From NCBI GenBank assembly GCA_001643675.2, contig LSRY02000063.1:124001-188000 (forward strand): DNA of 64,000 bases, written 5' to 3'. The stretch is from Monocercomonoides exilis PA203 (lineage: Eukaryota; Protista; Preaxostyla). The notes under the pieces were generated by a model. That model saw only the letters and a list, made by a program, of their open reading frames with translations. It was not told the DNA's origin and searched no databases. Of the stretch, positions 1-13,565 are shown piece after piece (within the stretch, counting starts at the first letter, position 1; every line of letters starts with the position of its first letter). The position numbers and the translations under genes are program-made.

Positions 1-8
1 TCAGCAAC

Positions 9-1094
9 GTGAAAATTTTATACGATTCTGCCATTTTTATTTTGGATTCAGAAGACGAAGCTGTGAACTTTTCTATTGAAGGGCTGAGCATGAATGAAGT
101 GAATTCAGAGAATGGAAAAGTGGCTGGGTTGGAGATTTCTTTGAGTTCGGAAGAGTCTAAAGTGGAAATTGGAAGGACAAGCAAATGCACATTCAAGTCA
201 TGCACAGCGCCAAAAGGGAAAGCCGGGGCAATATCCATTGGCATGCCAAAGGCAACATCGAATCTTCAGCTTCCTTCTGCCAATAATCTTGAGATTGACA
301 GCTCAAACACAGCGAATTCAACAGCGAGATCAATATGCATCATTGCCCCAGATTTTGATGAGTTCTGCAAACAAGACGGTGCGTTTGAGTTTGCGAATGA
401 TTATGACAATTCAACAGCTGGGTGGATTGTGGGTGCAGAAAATGAAGTATCAGAACCAACTGATGTGTATGAGAAGTATTTGAAAGGGAAAAAAGATAAG
501 CCGAAGGAAGACGAATCAAAAGAAGAGAAGGAATCAGAAGGAAAAGAAGGAAATGGAGAAGAAGAGAAGCCATTTGCTTGGTGGATTATTCTAATTGTTG
601 TTGGAGTTGTTGCAGTTGTGGCAGTTGTTTGTATCATTTTGGTTGTGACGATGAAGAAGAAGAAGAAGAAGAAGAAGAAGAAGAAGAAGAAGAAGATATT
701 CTCAAAGAAGCAGCAGATACATGTGGAGGAGGAAGAAGATGGATTTGAAGGAAAAGAAGGTGGAAAGGAAGAAAGAGAAAGAGAAAGAGAAGAAGGAGAA
801 AGCAAAACAGCAAAGAATAGAGTTAAAGAAGATAATTCGAATTCAAGTGAAAATGCATCTTCCATTCAACATTTGAACAATACAACAAATGATATTAATG
901 AATCAATAGAACATTTTGAAAAAAGGGGGAAGAAGGAAGGAATAAGCAGTGAATTCATTGAAGAAGCTGTGAATCAGGTTTTGTCTTCTTCTTCTTCTGT
1001 GCTGAATGAAGAAGGACTGCAAGGAAATGAGTTAGCAGCGAACATGAAAGGATTTATTACAGAAACAAATATTGTATCGCCTTTATCTGAATAA
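9..1094 (+). CDS. C-terminal part of a large single-pass surface protein (gene probably begins before the window)
   Basis: ORF open from near the window edge. It has a CTFKSC..GKAGAI beta-repeat-like segment, a hydrophobic TM (FAWWIILIVVGVVAVVAVVCIILVV), a poly-Lys run encoded by (AAG)n, and an acidic tail. The architecture resembles the ectodomain/TM of the 33394-41547 protein, without a kinase. Confidence 0.7.
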   Translation: MKILYDSAIFILDSEDEAVNFSIEGLSMNEVNSENGKVAGLEISLSSEESKVEIGRTSKCTFKSCTAPKGKAGAISIGMPKATSNLQLPSANNLEIDSSNTANSTARSICIIAPDFDEFCKQDGAFEFANDYDNSTAGWIVGAENEVSEPTDVYEKYLKGKKDKPKEDESKEEKESEGKEGNGEEEKPFAWWIILIVVGVVAVVAVVCIILVVTMKKKKKKKKKKKKKKIFSKKQQIHVEEEEDGFEGKEGGKEEREREREEGESKTAKNRVKEDNSNSSENASSIQHLNNTTNDINESIEHFEKRGKKEGISSEFIEEAVNQVLSSSSSVLNEEGLQGNELAANMKGFITETNIVSPLSE

Positions 1095-1454
1095 CCAAAG
1101 GGGAATATATGAAAATGGACAAGGAAGATATCAAAGAAAGTGATGCATCTGAAGAGAAAGAGAAAGGAAAGGAAAGAAATGAAAAAGAAGGAAAATGAAG
1201 AACAAAATGATGAATGATGAACATAAACATGTTGAAAGAAAAAGAGAATAGGAAAAAGAAAGCTAATTGAAGGGAATTTGCTTCAAATGAATTGTTTTAT
1301 TAATGCCATTGCCTTCAACATCTTCTGTTGTTTGTAGAAATTTCACTGGAAATTGTTCATTTGTGCTGAAAACAAAGGTTTTCTGATTGAACAAGAAAAA
1401 TTGAAGTATATTAAAATACTTTGAAGAAAAGGAAATCGTTTTCGTATTGGATGA

Positions 1455-1532
1455 AAGAAAGAGAGAAAGAGAGAAAGAGAGAAAGAGAGAAAGAGAGAAA
1501 GAGAGAAAGAGAGAAAGAGAGAAAGAGAGAAA
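1455..1532. repeat. (GAGAAAGA)n 8-bp tandem repeat
   Basis: About 9 directly visible tandem units; the source of the spurious SLSLFLSF ORFs. Confidence 0.9.
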
Positions 1533-4500
1533 GATTTGAAGAAAAGGCATATTTCAGAGAATTATTGAAGTGATTGAAAAAACTGAAAGATTTCATTAAA
1601 AGGAAAAAAAAAGAAAGAAAATGAAAAAAATATATTATATTGTGATTATCATCTTATTAGATAATCCATTTTATCGTTTCTAATCTTATCTTGTCATTCT
1701 TCATTTCTTTCTTTTTAATTTTTGTTTTGTTTTATTTTTATTTACGAGTAGTCGTGATATGTGCCTATATGATTATTTTCTCGTTTTTTTTCAAAGATGT
1801 CTTCAACAACACAAATTCTTCTTCTTCTTCTTCTTCTTTTTCTTCCTTTTTTTTCGAAATGATTTTTCTCATTGAAATATCAACAGATTTTCTTTGAGGA
1901 AGCTCTTCATTGTGCTTGCAATAAAACATATTTTTTCTGTTTTTATTAATTTTGCTTCATGTTTTTCTTCTTCTCCTCTTTCTCCTTCATCTTTTTAACT
2001 GATTAGCTCCTTGATGCTTCTGTTTTTTGAATATTGTGAATTATTTTTTGGTTTTGCTGATTTGAAATATCTTTCTTTTTCTCTCTTTCTTTCTCTCTTT
2101 CTTTGAAATTTTTTCTGTATTATCTTTGAATGACTTTCTAAATGGTACTTCATTGTAACTCATCTCTTTCGTTCAGTTGAAAACAAAAGAAAAATATTTC
2201 TTTTGTTTTCTTTCTGAAATGCTTTATTAATTATTTGAAAGAAAATAGTTAATTTTGTCATTTTTTTGATACTTTGCGTAATTGATTCATTCAACGAACG
2301 AAATTCTTTTTTTGTTGAATGGATTGAAAAGCAATTTTTTAAAAGAAAATTGGAAAAAAGAGATAATTATCTTTATTTTTGATTGTATTGTTGTAGTTCA
2401 ATGGTGATGCTGTTAGCCAGCATTTAATAGTCATTCCTTCGTTTTGGAGTTTCTTTGAAGAAATTCCATGAAAAACTTTTTGATTAAATTCATGAAAGAA
2501 TTAACTTTTATTTTATTGTTTCCGATTGAAAATAAAATGGAGCAAAATTGAAACAATAAGAGAAAGATTTTTCTTTTTCTAATGAAAAGTCGCATTTTTA
2601 TCATTAAAATAAATCGAAATTATCAAGTAATATTCCCCGCTTCCTTCTTCTTTTCCACTAAAATGAATCATTTCTCGATTCTTCCTTTCATTTCTTTGGT
2701 TCTAATTGGCAAGCCTTTCCTTCTCCTTTTGAATGAAATCTGCTGCTTTCCCCATCCAAATAGAATTTCTGCTCTTCTATTGAATCTGGAATGCTTTTAA
2801 TTGTTTCTTCCATCGTGATTTTTGCATTCATCCAAACAATCCTCATCTTTCTTTCTTTCTTTCTTTCTTTCTCATCTTTTTCTTCTTCTCTTTCTTTTTC
2901 AACATTTCCTCTTCATTTCTTTTCATCTCTTCCATTCACTTCCTTCACTTCCTCTCCAAATGGACTGATAACTCTGATCTCTTCTTCCTCTTCATCTCCT
3001 TCTTCCCCTTCGCATCTGCAAGCAGACTCAGCTGAATGTAGCAGCATTTCCATTCTGTTTATGTTTCTTCTCTCCATCCAGCTGCTGTTCAGCAACGTTC
3101 TGAGCGATTCAACGACTTAGATGGAAAGAAACAAGAAAGACACATTCAACGGCAGATGCTGTCAAAAAAAACACAGGCCAACAAATGCGATGAGAGTGAG
3201 TGTCTTCGCAAGTTACTGCAAGTTGCTGAGTCTGAATTGATAAGGATCTGCAAGACGAATCCGTTTTTGAGTGAAATATTTTTAAAGTTCGTAAAATAAA
3301 TCAAAAAAAGAAAAAGAAAAAGAAATAATGAATAAAAATTTGCATTTCAAAATGATACAATACCATTTTATAAGAAAACTCGTTTTTTGCTTCTCTGATT
3401 GAAGCAGCCAATCTTTTGCCATTTCTTCCCAGCCATTTATTTTTGTTTGCTAAAGTCAAAAGATCAGCAATGTTACATCAAAAGAGAAAAAAAAAATTGA
3501 AAATATGAAATTATCATTACTTGAAAATATTCCTGTAATTTTTAAATTTTTTTATTATTTCTATTTCTTTTTTTCTTTACTTTCATAAATTATTTTCTGA
3601 AAAAAGCATAAATGTAACATAAATTGGATTACACACCTCAATTTGATAAAACATTTTTATTGTTGCCTGTTCTGCCTTGTCAGACTGCTTCTGTGTTGCT
3701 CGTATAATTTCTGTATTTGCAACGAAATCCATGCTGAAATTGGAGAATCAACAACAATTATCAAAACAACCCAAAATGATGATTTTCCAGATAACGTAGC
3801 AAGCGTCTTTACCGATAAATACACATCAAAAGGCATCGCAATTTAACGATAAATGTGTTGATATGAATTCAAAATCCCGCATGTGTTTGGTTCCGCATAT
3901 TGCATTAATCTTTCTTCGCCATCTTGAATTTCTTCATCTTCTCTCATCCTCTAAGCCTTTTGTAATAGAATCTCTTTCAATGCTCGATAAACGATGCTGT
4001 CCATTGTTGCCTTGATAAATTCTCTTATGCGTTCAATTATCATTCGCCCAATCATCAAAAAAACTGCGAATTGTTGAAAGCTTGATTCCCTTCCATCAAT
4101 CTTCCTTCAGCTTGCACAACCCATTCAAGAAAGTAACTAATTATAAAATTATCCCGATATCTCAAAACTTTTCTCAACACATTAAATTTGAAACATTCAC
4201 GGAAACAAGCAAACACTCTGAAATAACAGAAAAAATCATTTCGATGAAGAAAAGCTCCCAGATAACTCTAAATGTGAGTTCCAAAATTGAAATACTTATG
4301 TTTGAATTTTTATTTAAAGAGCATTGAAGCACATGCATGATTAATGAACAAACTGTTGCTTTTTTGTCACTTTTTGTAAAGTTTTTTTCAAAGTCTTTTC
4401 TCTTCTTCTTCGTGTTGCTCAGAATGTTGAAATAAAAATATATATGTATTTTCATTCAACACCAAATATGTGGGATATTTCTCAATAAGTTCAAGTTTTC

Positions 4501-4882
4501 ATTCGAAATGCCATCCAGATCCTTGGAATAAATTATTGTTGGCTCGATCAGAAAGAAATAAAATTCTTTCGTATTTGACTTAATATAGCCTGAACCGTTG
4601 ACTTCTTTGTGATTAATTTTTTAACACAGATTTTTACTGAGCAAAAGAATTGAGTTTGCACTTTATCATTGTTTTGACAATTATCTTTAGTGTTTGCTGT
4701 TTTGTTTTTGTTTTTGTTTTTAAAGTTTTGCGGCGAAATTAGTCTTTGTATTAAATAGACAGAATGGAAATGTGCGATGAAGACAAATCTGATGATGATT
4801 CTCAAGAGCCGTCTCTTGCAGACAAGTTTTCAAGTTTGTTAACATTAATTGTGTATTTTCAAAGATCTCATATTTTTGATTT

Positions 4883-6217
4883 TTGATGATCGAGGAAGAA
4901 TTGTTTGATCAGTTGGAGCATTGCAGTGAGGATGAACAGAAACAGAAAATTGAAGAGTTGAATAGATTAATTGAAGAAATGAATAAAGAAGAATTTGAGT
5001 CAATTTTTAAAACAGTGCTATTCAACAAAATGGACAAAATGATTGAGGAAAACAAAGTGACAATGAAAAATGCGGTTTTGTTGTTGAAGCGGATTGGATA
5101 TTGCCAAATGCTAAAAAATATTTTATTATATTCTTTTGATTATTCATCATTGAACAAAAGAATGAGAGAGGTGATAATTGATGAAAATGAGAAGAATAAA
5201 GAAGAAGAGGAAGAAAGGCTTCTTGTTGATCTTTGTGAATGCTATCTTTTGCTTAGCAACCGGTTCGATATGAAATTACTTTCGATTTGTGTTCCATGTC
5301 TTCTGAAAGATGCTATGAGGAAAGAGGAAAGCGAGGAAACTCAAAAAGAAGTGGAAATGGCTTTGTTGGCTTTGAGTAAAGCTAAATATTATGTCTGAAT
5401 AGTTCTTTTTCATTTTTGATATTGTTGTTTTTTCTTTTGTTTTTTTGCACAGAGAATGAAAAGAGAACTGTATTTGAATAAGATCAAAGCGATCATTGAA
5501 TATCATAAGGAACATCACAACCTGACAAGGCTTGCCTATCAGTCTGCTTGGAAATTTTTCATATACAGATTGGACACTGATAAAAGCTTGAATGAAGTGA
5601 TTTTGAATGAACTGCATTTTGGAAGAGAAGCAGCAAGAGAAATGGAAGAGCTGACAAGAAATGTGAATTGGAAGAAGAAAGAAGAGGAAATGAGCAAAGA
5701 AGAAGCGAAAGAAGTGCTGGCTATCAGGAGATGGATTAAAACACTAGAGACTTATTTTCTCTATTGTCAATTGAGGAATGAAGAATTTGTTGGTCTTTTC
5801 AGCAGCATTGTTCAGGTATCTCGAGCAGCAAGAGAAAATAAAAGAGAAATTTGCTTTTGGTGCATTTGTTCCTTGAGAAGTACAGCAAATAATAGAAATG
5901 TGAGAGTTGAAGACTTGCTGAAAGGGGGAGCAATTGATGTGGTTTTGGAGGAATTTCAGCGACAAACATTGAGTGACAATATTGAGTTTAGTCTCTTGGT
6001 CTTTTTCATAAATGTTTCAAATCGAATGGAAGAAAACATGGATAAAAAAATGGAAGAAATGAAAAGAAAAGCAACAAAAAGGGTGATATATGAAAAGATG
6101 GAAGAGAAAGGATACGAAGATACCATCATCAGCTTTCATAAAATGTTTTATTATCTCTATAGAAAATATTATTGTACAGCATCGTTGAATATTTCAGATT
6201 ATCTTGTGAATGTTTGA
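4883..6217 (+). CDS. Lineage-specific expanded-family helical protein, 2 exons (intron 5393-5452)
   Basis: A 60-nt phase-0 intron (GTCTGA...GCACAG) joins ORFs 4883-5398 and 5456-6217 in frame. Motifs KEVEMALLALS and HHNLTRLAYQSAW recur in a paralogous fragment at 29112-29950. Confidence 0.8.
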
Positions 6218-6856
6218 GAAAATGAAATTCTCAGAATTTCATGAATCACAATTTTTGATTTTCTTTTTTAATTCATTTCACAAAACGGTACAAAAATTAA
6301 TTTTCATATATTTTCTTAAAGTGATTTATTATCCAGATTCATCGAAATGAAGTGGAGAAATAAAAAAAAAATTCGATTTTTAATTAAAAATAAAAATAAT
6401 TAAAATCATGAATTTCTTCATTTTCTTCTTTCTTTCACCAAAGTTCTTCCCAAAATAATCCCATAAATGTTTTTTATTCATTTCAAGTTCTTCATTCATT
6501 CTTTTAATTGTTTTTTTCAAAACAACCTCTTTTCAGCTCATTGGAAACAAAAATTGTGTTCTCTCAATGCTTCCTTTGCTTTCAAGGAATATCAGAAACC
6601 CTCAGAGAATGTTGAAAATACAACAAAAACAGCAAACAACAACGTTGATGCTGCTTCATGTTAAGAGAAACATTCAATCCAAACGCTTTCCTCTGCCTGT
6701 TTTCTCATTCTTCAGCATTTCCATTTCCAAAAGTTAAAACTATCCGTTTGCAGCATCTAAAGGCAATAAAAATGTTAAATTTTTAAATCGGAGAAGAGGA
6801 AGAAATTCTGATGGGAGTTTTGATGAATCCCTTGAAGATTGAGAAAGAGAGAAAGA

Positions 6857-6892
6857 GATAGATAGATAGATAGATAGATAGAAAGATAGATA
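6857..6892. repeat. (TAGA)n microsatellite, left part (continues at 8933-9058)
   Basis: GATA/TAGA tandem units directly flank both ends of the 6893-8932 element. Confidence 0.9.
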
Positions 6893-8932
6893 GGGTCAGT
6901 TATTTATCGGGACCCTTTTTTTTATTGGGAACTTTTTTTTTTGATATGAAAAAAAAATAAATAAAAATTAAAAAAACACAAATGACGAATCTACTTTTCG
7001 TATAACTTTTCTTTTTCCTTTTTTTCTTTCAATTACATTGATTTCTTCCTTTTCATTTTCATGATCATCTTCTTTCACTTCAAATTTTCTCTTCATTTTT
7101 TTCATTTCGACCAAAGACTCTAACTCATTATCTTCTTTTTGCTCTTCATTTTTCATTTCTTCTGAAAAATTCTTTTCATAGTCAACTTTTTCCTCTTCTT
7201 TTGTTTTAAAATGTTCACTCCAATCACTCATAAGCTTCTTGTCAGTTAATTACTTGCCATATAAGTCGAATCTGTTTGAATGTGATGAAGGTTGATATTC
7301 CAATGTTTCTAGCAGCTTCATGAGAATCGGCCCAGATTCGTTATGAAGAACTCCACTCGTTGCGAAGGCTTTTTTAATGACAGCAGGTGAGAGGGCGGTA
7401 TGAATTGCTTGAGGGAGAACATCCACAAGAGCTGTTCTTTTCGATGAAGATGTCGATGAAGATGGAGGTTCATATTTTGTCTGCAGCTCTTTTTTTAGAA
7501 CGGCGAAGACTCCTCTGTCAAGAGGCTGTGCGATATGTGTGCTGTGAGGAATGAAGGTGACGACGTCGATATTTTCTTTTTGAAATTCTCTCCAGATTGT
7601 TGGATCTACTCGAGAAATGTGTGAGTCGATGAGAAGCAAGCAGCGAGAGTTTTCCAGTGACATGCGCTTTCTGCGATCGATAATTCCTTGAAGGAGCGTT
7701 GTTAGTGCGTACTTTTTGAACTGATTGCATCCCATCCAACCACTTCCGTTCGGCCAAATATCCAGAGCCTGTGATAGCAGCGGCTTCATTTCATCAGGAA
7801 GACTCTTGCTAGGCCATAGAATCACAGAAGGAAGTACAAATCCATCAGCAGCCACAGCAGCGACCAGAGTAGAATTCGCCATTTTTGGTGGTTCTTTGCG
7901 AAATCCTGGATTTTCGTTTTTTGGATGAACCACGCTCAACTTAGAATTGGTGGGAACTCTCAGTGAAGACTCATCCATATTAAATATCAGTTCTTTGCAG
8001 TATTCATTTTTTTCATGTAAGCCGTCCAGCAATGAATACCAGGGCTGCAGAACACTTTGGCACGACACCGCAAGGCGATTAAAATCAACATTTTTCGGCG
8101 AACTTCTCTTCAGCTCTGGATGGCGCTTCACAAATTGGTAAGCCGTAGCCATTGAAACGTCAACGTATGGGGCGTCTTCGTCGTCTGTATCATTTATTAC
8201 ATTTTCCATCTAATATATTTATTAGAATTATTAATTATTTAACAACAACAAACCAGTTCGCGAACTTTCCGTATAGGCAAACAGCTTCAAGATCTTGATT
8301 CAATGATTATTTCATCCAGAACAATTTGTTCTTTGTCTCCAATAACAAATTGTGGTCTTCCAACTTTTGAAACCAGCCTTTTGCTTCTCAGCGCCCGAAC
8401 AGCGTTTTTGATCCTTTTTCGTGAGAATTCCATGGAGTTTATTGCGTCTGTAATCCTGACAACTCCATCAACCACAATGCGCGCCATCCGTTCCAGCCGA
8501 TTGTCAATCCTTCTGTAATCGAAAGATTTCATTGCAGCACGTAATTTCATTTGTCCTGCAATTCTCTTTTGTTCCACAGCAATTTTCATTTTTTTATTAT
8601 GGTTATGATCTTAAGTCCAATTTATTAATTTATTAATTTAAATTTTCAATTTTCATTGAAATTGAGTTTTTATTTACATTTACTACGAATTTGTATGGTT
8701 TTATACCCCTTGTTACCCACCTATTTATTTATTTTTTTCGATGGAAGGGATTAACCCCCCCATCTCCCCCTCATTGGAAATAGACTTCGTATTCAAATGT
8801 AATTATCCTAATTTTCAGGGTTTGCTTATATACTGATAATGTTTATAAATATAAAAAAAGTGAGAATTTTCATTTTCTGTTTAAAAATTTAGGCACCTTT
8901 TAAAAAAAAAGGTCCCGATAAATAACTGACCC
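6893..8932 (-). mobile_element. pogo/Fot1-like (Tc1-mariner superfamily, DD35D) DNA transposon
   Basis: Perfect 22-bp TIRs GGGTCAGTTATTTATCGGGACC (6893-6914 and 8911-8932), with TA on both sides (6891-6892, 8933-8934). It encodes a DDE_1-type transposase. Confidence 0.95.
6968..8589 (-). pseudogene. pogo-like transposase (CENP-B-type HTH + DDE_1) with two in-frame stops
   Basis: One frame across a 44-nt phase-0 intron (8210-8253). Motifs: VGRP...AYQFVKRHPEL (HTH), FNMDES, LLIDSHISR and QPLDRGVF, with 35 residues between the last two Asp. In-frame TGA at 8287-8289 and TAA at 7250-7252. Confidence 0.85.
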
Positions 8933-8949
8933 TAGATAGATAGATAGAT

Positions 8950-8984
<35 letters not shown>

Positions 8985-9058
8985 CAGATAGACAGATAAA
9001 TAGAAAGAAAGAAAGAAAAAAAGAAAGAAAGATCGATATAAAGATAAATAGATAGATA

Positions 9059-10042
9059 GGGTAACACTTTTTCTCTGACCTATATTTTACCCCCACCCTT
9101 TATTTTGTGGAGCTGGCTACGGCTTAATACAAGCTTGATGCCAACAAAAAATAACTAGAAATGTTTATTTTAATAAATTTAACTTATACAGAAAAAATTT
9201 TTTAACAATTTTTTTTTAACTTTGAGATCTCGGTATTTTTTAATTTTATTTTTTGATCATTGAATTGATGGTCTTTCCATGAATATAACATTCTGGAAAT
9301 TTTTAGCCACATCAACATTTCACATCTTATCCTTTTCATTGTTTTGATAACTTTTCACATTTCACAAGTTTCATTTTCACTTGTTTTCTCATTTCATCGA
9401 CTTTTCGAAAAAATGAAAATTTTTTAAGAATGATGAATTTTTGTAAAAAATTTTAAGATTATCCTTAATATACGTTAGGATGTTAATTATGCTGATATGC
9501 AAATAAGCTTTGCAAATTTGATTTGAAATGGAAAAATGAGAAACATCAATTTCGGAAGTTTTGATTTTTCCAACCAGTAACATTTTTTCAGTAAAAAATT
9601 ATGTGAGTGTGCAACAATATATAAAGTTTCAAATGAGATACAGCTTAAGAAATATAAAAATAGTTATATATATAATGAAAAATATCATTTTTTCGAAAAG
9701 TCGATGAAATGAGAAAACAAGTGAAAATGAAACTTGTGAAATGTGAAAAGTTATCAAAACAATGAAAAGGATAAGATGTGAAATGTTGATGTGGCTAAAA
9801 ATTTCCAGAATGTTATATTCATGGAAAGACCATCAATTCAATGATCAAAAAATAAAATTAAAAAATACCGAGATCTCAAAGTTAAAAAAAAATTGTTAAA
9901 AAATTTTTTCTGTATAAGTTAAATTTATTAAAATAAACATTTCTAGTTATTTTTTGTTGGCATCAAGCTTGTATTAAGCCGTAGCCAGCTCCACAAAATA
10001 AAGGGTGGGGGTAAAATATAGGTCAGAGAAAAAGTGTAACCC
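9059..10042. mobile_element. Non-autonomous foldback element with 358-bp inverted arms
   Basis: 9059-9416 is the near-perfect reverse complement of 9685-10042, around a 268-bp spacer. Termini are GGGTAACAC and GTGTAACCC. No coding capacity. Confidence 0.92.
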
Positions 10043-11348
10043 AAAATAGAAAAAAGAAAGACTTCGAAAGGAAGAAGAAAAAAGAAGAATTAAAAAAGAA
10101 GAAGAGAATAGGAAGAAGAAGGAAGAAGAAGAAGAGGGAATCAAAGAAGTGCTTGGAATTGGTGTAAGCTGATCAGCAGAGTTATCATTCCCATTCTGTT
10201 TATACTGTCCAGCCAGCATTCATCCATCTCCAATGTCTCTTCCTTTGAGCGAGTGAAGCACACTTTCGTCGTCCATCGCTAGCTCCTTCCTTTTTTCCCT
10301 TTCGATTGCTGCCTTCTCCTTCTCCTTCTCTTCTCTCCTTCTTCTTCTCTCCACTTCTTCTTCATGCTTCAACCTTCTTTTCCTTCTCTCTCTTTTCTTA
10401 TTCTTCTTTCTTTATCTTTTCTCCTTTTTTTTCTTCTCTCTTTATCTTTTTTTTCTTTCAACTTCTTTCCTATTATCTTATTTTTATGCAGCTATTCTAT
10501 TTCCATATGAAAGTGAATTCAACTATTAAACCTCAAGCATCTTTCATCTAATACTTTCTTCTCTCATCTTTTCCTTGATCTTGTTTTTTCTTTCTTCATA
10601 TTTTTTTTTCTTTTAACTCCAGTTATTAAAAAGACATCCCCTCATAATTGTTTCAAATATTCAGATATTCTTTTTGTTTCCGAAGTTTCAATTATTCATT
10701 AACTATATCATTGAATGTCACAGGAAAAAAATAAATATATGAATTTTCAATAAAAAAAACAAAAACAAAATCATTACAAAGATCAAAGCTATTTGTTACA
10801 AACACAATGATTGAAATATATAGTGTATGTTAAATGCTGAATGAAATGGAAGATAATAGAAAAGAAGGAAAATAATACGATACAAAAAAAGTTCATATCA
10901 TCAATAATCAAAAACAAAACCATATCCAGCATGCAACACCTGTGGAAACTTCTAATTCTTCTTCCAATCTTCTATGCTTGTTGTCGTTGCTATATTGTTT
11001 ATCTCGAGAAATCATTAAAAAAAATTGTAAAGAATGAAAAGCTTCCATTCATGTGTGTTCATGAACAATTAAATATTTTATGAAAATGAAACTTATAAAA
11101 GATCGAAAATTTATATTCTTCGAACATCAAATGGTTTGCACGATCGAATAATACTCAGCAAAAAAGAAAATGCTTTGCATACGAACAATTATGGCTATTT
11201 TCGAAAATTGAATCAATCCAAATTTGTACATTAAAAATATCACAGAAAATGTTGATTTATCATAATAATTATTTTCCAATGCATTTAAAAAGTTGTCCCA
11301 CAAAAATTCAAAAAAAAAGATCGAACATTGAACGAGATTATCATTTTT

Positions 11349-12666
11349 CAGTCTGTCCCAAAAAAATGTTGATTTGTCCTTTTTTAATGTCGATCATACT
11401 ATCAACAATATTTGAAATGCCTCCCAATATTGATTAGAGTTTGTAAAACTGTGAGTTTTTTGTGTAAGTTTATCCTTTGAAGAGTTATTCATGTTTATAT
11501 CTTTAGCAGAAATTGATTTGAAGCAACGTGCCACCTGATATGGTTAGTTTTATGTATTCATTAATTTATAATTTAGTAAGTCATTATGTTTTTTAAAATT
11601 TATCGAATGATGCAGTATGAGACGAATCAAAGATGTAAAACCAATAAGAAGTTGATGAATTTGAGATTAGTGAGGAAGTGAAGACTGAAATTTGGGAACA
11701 AATGAAAACAGGAAACGGAACTTTTTCGCAAATCTGCTTGAGACATGTTCATTAAAAATTAATTTTTGAAAAGTTTTCTTTTTATATTTGACAATTAACT
11801 TTCAATTTCATCTTTTTTAAAATGAATATCTGTTTGCTATGTTGTGAAAACCACATTTTTGTGTGAACTTTATTTAGCTGGATCAAAGCGTTCATTGTAT
11901 AAGAAAACCGTTGATAAGTTGAAATTCTTTCAATAAATATATATTTATGCTTTATTTAATTATTATTTCTTGGCTATTAAGTTTTTTGTTTTTTGTGTTT
12001 GCTTTCATGCTATTTCCATCCTATAAAGAAGAATAAAAATTATATATTTTGTTTCATAAATATAAATTAAGAATCAAAACAAAAAACAACGTTCAAATAA
12101 ATACACGATCGTTCTTTTATCAAAATTTTATTTATCGTTTCATTTTTCTCAACAAAAGCATTTCAGATAAATAAGAATAATCAAATGACTGGAAATCAAT
12201 TGAATTAATAAATTCTGATGTGAAAATTATAGATTTGTTTGCTATAAAGGAACTCATCGGGAACCAAAAAGAGAAACAACAAAATTTACTCAGTACATTT
12301 CAATAAACTTTCTAAATATCAAGCAAAAACAAAAACTTCTTCAGAAACAAAAATTTCAATCCGAAAAAAATCGGAATTCAACAAAAGCATTCTTTTATTA
12401 GGCATCAATCGAGTCAAATTAATAATGCTGAAAATGAAAGTTGAAAAACAATATTTGAAACAATAAAATAGGTGACATTAAAACTATCAACACTGAAAAT
12501 TATATCTACAAGAAAAAACAGCAAAAACTTAACATTTCAACTCTATGAATGAATTTCAATTAATAGTTAAGCTCAAAAATGAAAAATATGGCACAATAAA
12601 TTTTTTATTAACATGGTTTGATCAACGTTTAAAAAGGACAGATCAACATTTTTTTGGGACAGACTG
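11349..12666. mobile_element. Non-autonomous Tc1/mariner-type element (~1.3 kb)
   Basis: TIRs CAGTCTGTCCCAAAAAAATGTTGATTTGTCCTTTTT and AAAAAGGACAGATCAACATTTTTTTGGGACAGACTG (36 bp, 1 mismatch). CAG...CTG termini. TA is present at the right flank only. Confidence 0.8.
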
Positions 12667-12848
12667 TATAAAAAATTTACCATATTTTTTTATTTTGAAA
12701 ATTAAGTGAAGAGATGTTGTGTTTTTTTATTTTATTTTTAAGATCAAAGACTTGCACATATTTTCACGAGCTTTTTGTTTTGAGTGTTTTGAGTTATATC
12801 ATTGTTTATAAACTTAACTATATTATATTTTTGGTTATTTTTCTTTGA

Positions 12849-13565
12849 TTAACACTTCGTTTTTTTATTATTTTTTCCATTTCACTAAATTTCGATAAAA
12901 TGAAGAATGTATGTGTCCAAACAAGATATTTCATTATTTTTGAAGTTAAAATGTCTGAATTTTTTTGTAAAGTTCCTTTTGTTTTATTGTCAAATTGAAT
13001 AAAAATTTCATATTTGGGTGATTATTTTTGAAATCAAATCTTTTCATACAAAAATTTCGGTGAAAAATTATTTCATGAATATTAACATATGAACATTGAA
13101 AAGTGAAAAGGCTTATTGAATGCATTTTAATCTTTTATTCGGTAAAGATATTTGTTTTCAAAAGCAATTATCAAACTTTTTCTCTTTTGGACCAAAAACT
13201 TCTTTCAAAAAACTAACTATCTTTGAAAATCAACACCCCGAAAAAATATATGATTTCAAAAATAATCACCCATTTCTTTCAAATTTCTGTTCACATAGAC
13301 CAAAATTTTCTGTGATGGAAACAAATTTTTGAGGCAAGAAATGGTTTCATCGACTGCAGAATAAAAACATCTTTTACACATTTTTGTCGATTGCTAGTTA
13401 TTTTATTTCATAAAAAAATGAAGTTATCAAACGAAGAAGTGAATTCGAAATAATTTTGCACTCACAGAAAAAACAAAAAAAATAATGGGAGTAGTCCCTT
13501 TTCATTAATTTTCAATATACCTATTTCAAAATGCCGTTCGATGCAGTTGAGAGGAAGCATTTAGC
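12849..13565 (+). repeat. 717-bp inverted repeat, copy 1 (partner at 31309-32025)
   Basis: Near-identical reverse complement of 31309-32025; the identical 70-aa ORFs 13120+ and 31542- confirm this. It contains a 256-bp MITE, the upstream region and the first codons of the Merlin transposase. Confidence 0.95.
13016..13271. mobile_element. 256-bp MITE (GGGTGATTATTTTTGAAATC TIR family)
   Basis: TIRs GGGTGATTATTTTTGAAATCA and TGATTTCAAAAATAATCACCC, flanked by ATTT on both sides. Other copies lie at 31603-31858 and 61112-61367, with an end fragment near 15978-16012. Confidence 0.85.

Noticed and set aside
2400-4330. Coding-like fragments on the minus strand
   Set aside because: Many stops in all frames and no motif I can assign; probably old pseudogene debris.
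13120-13332. Duplicated 70-aa ORF (identical at 31542-31754) as a real gene
   Set aside because: It overlaps a MITE inside the inverted repeat, so its identity reflects DNA duplication rather than coding constraint.
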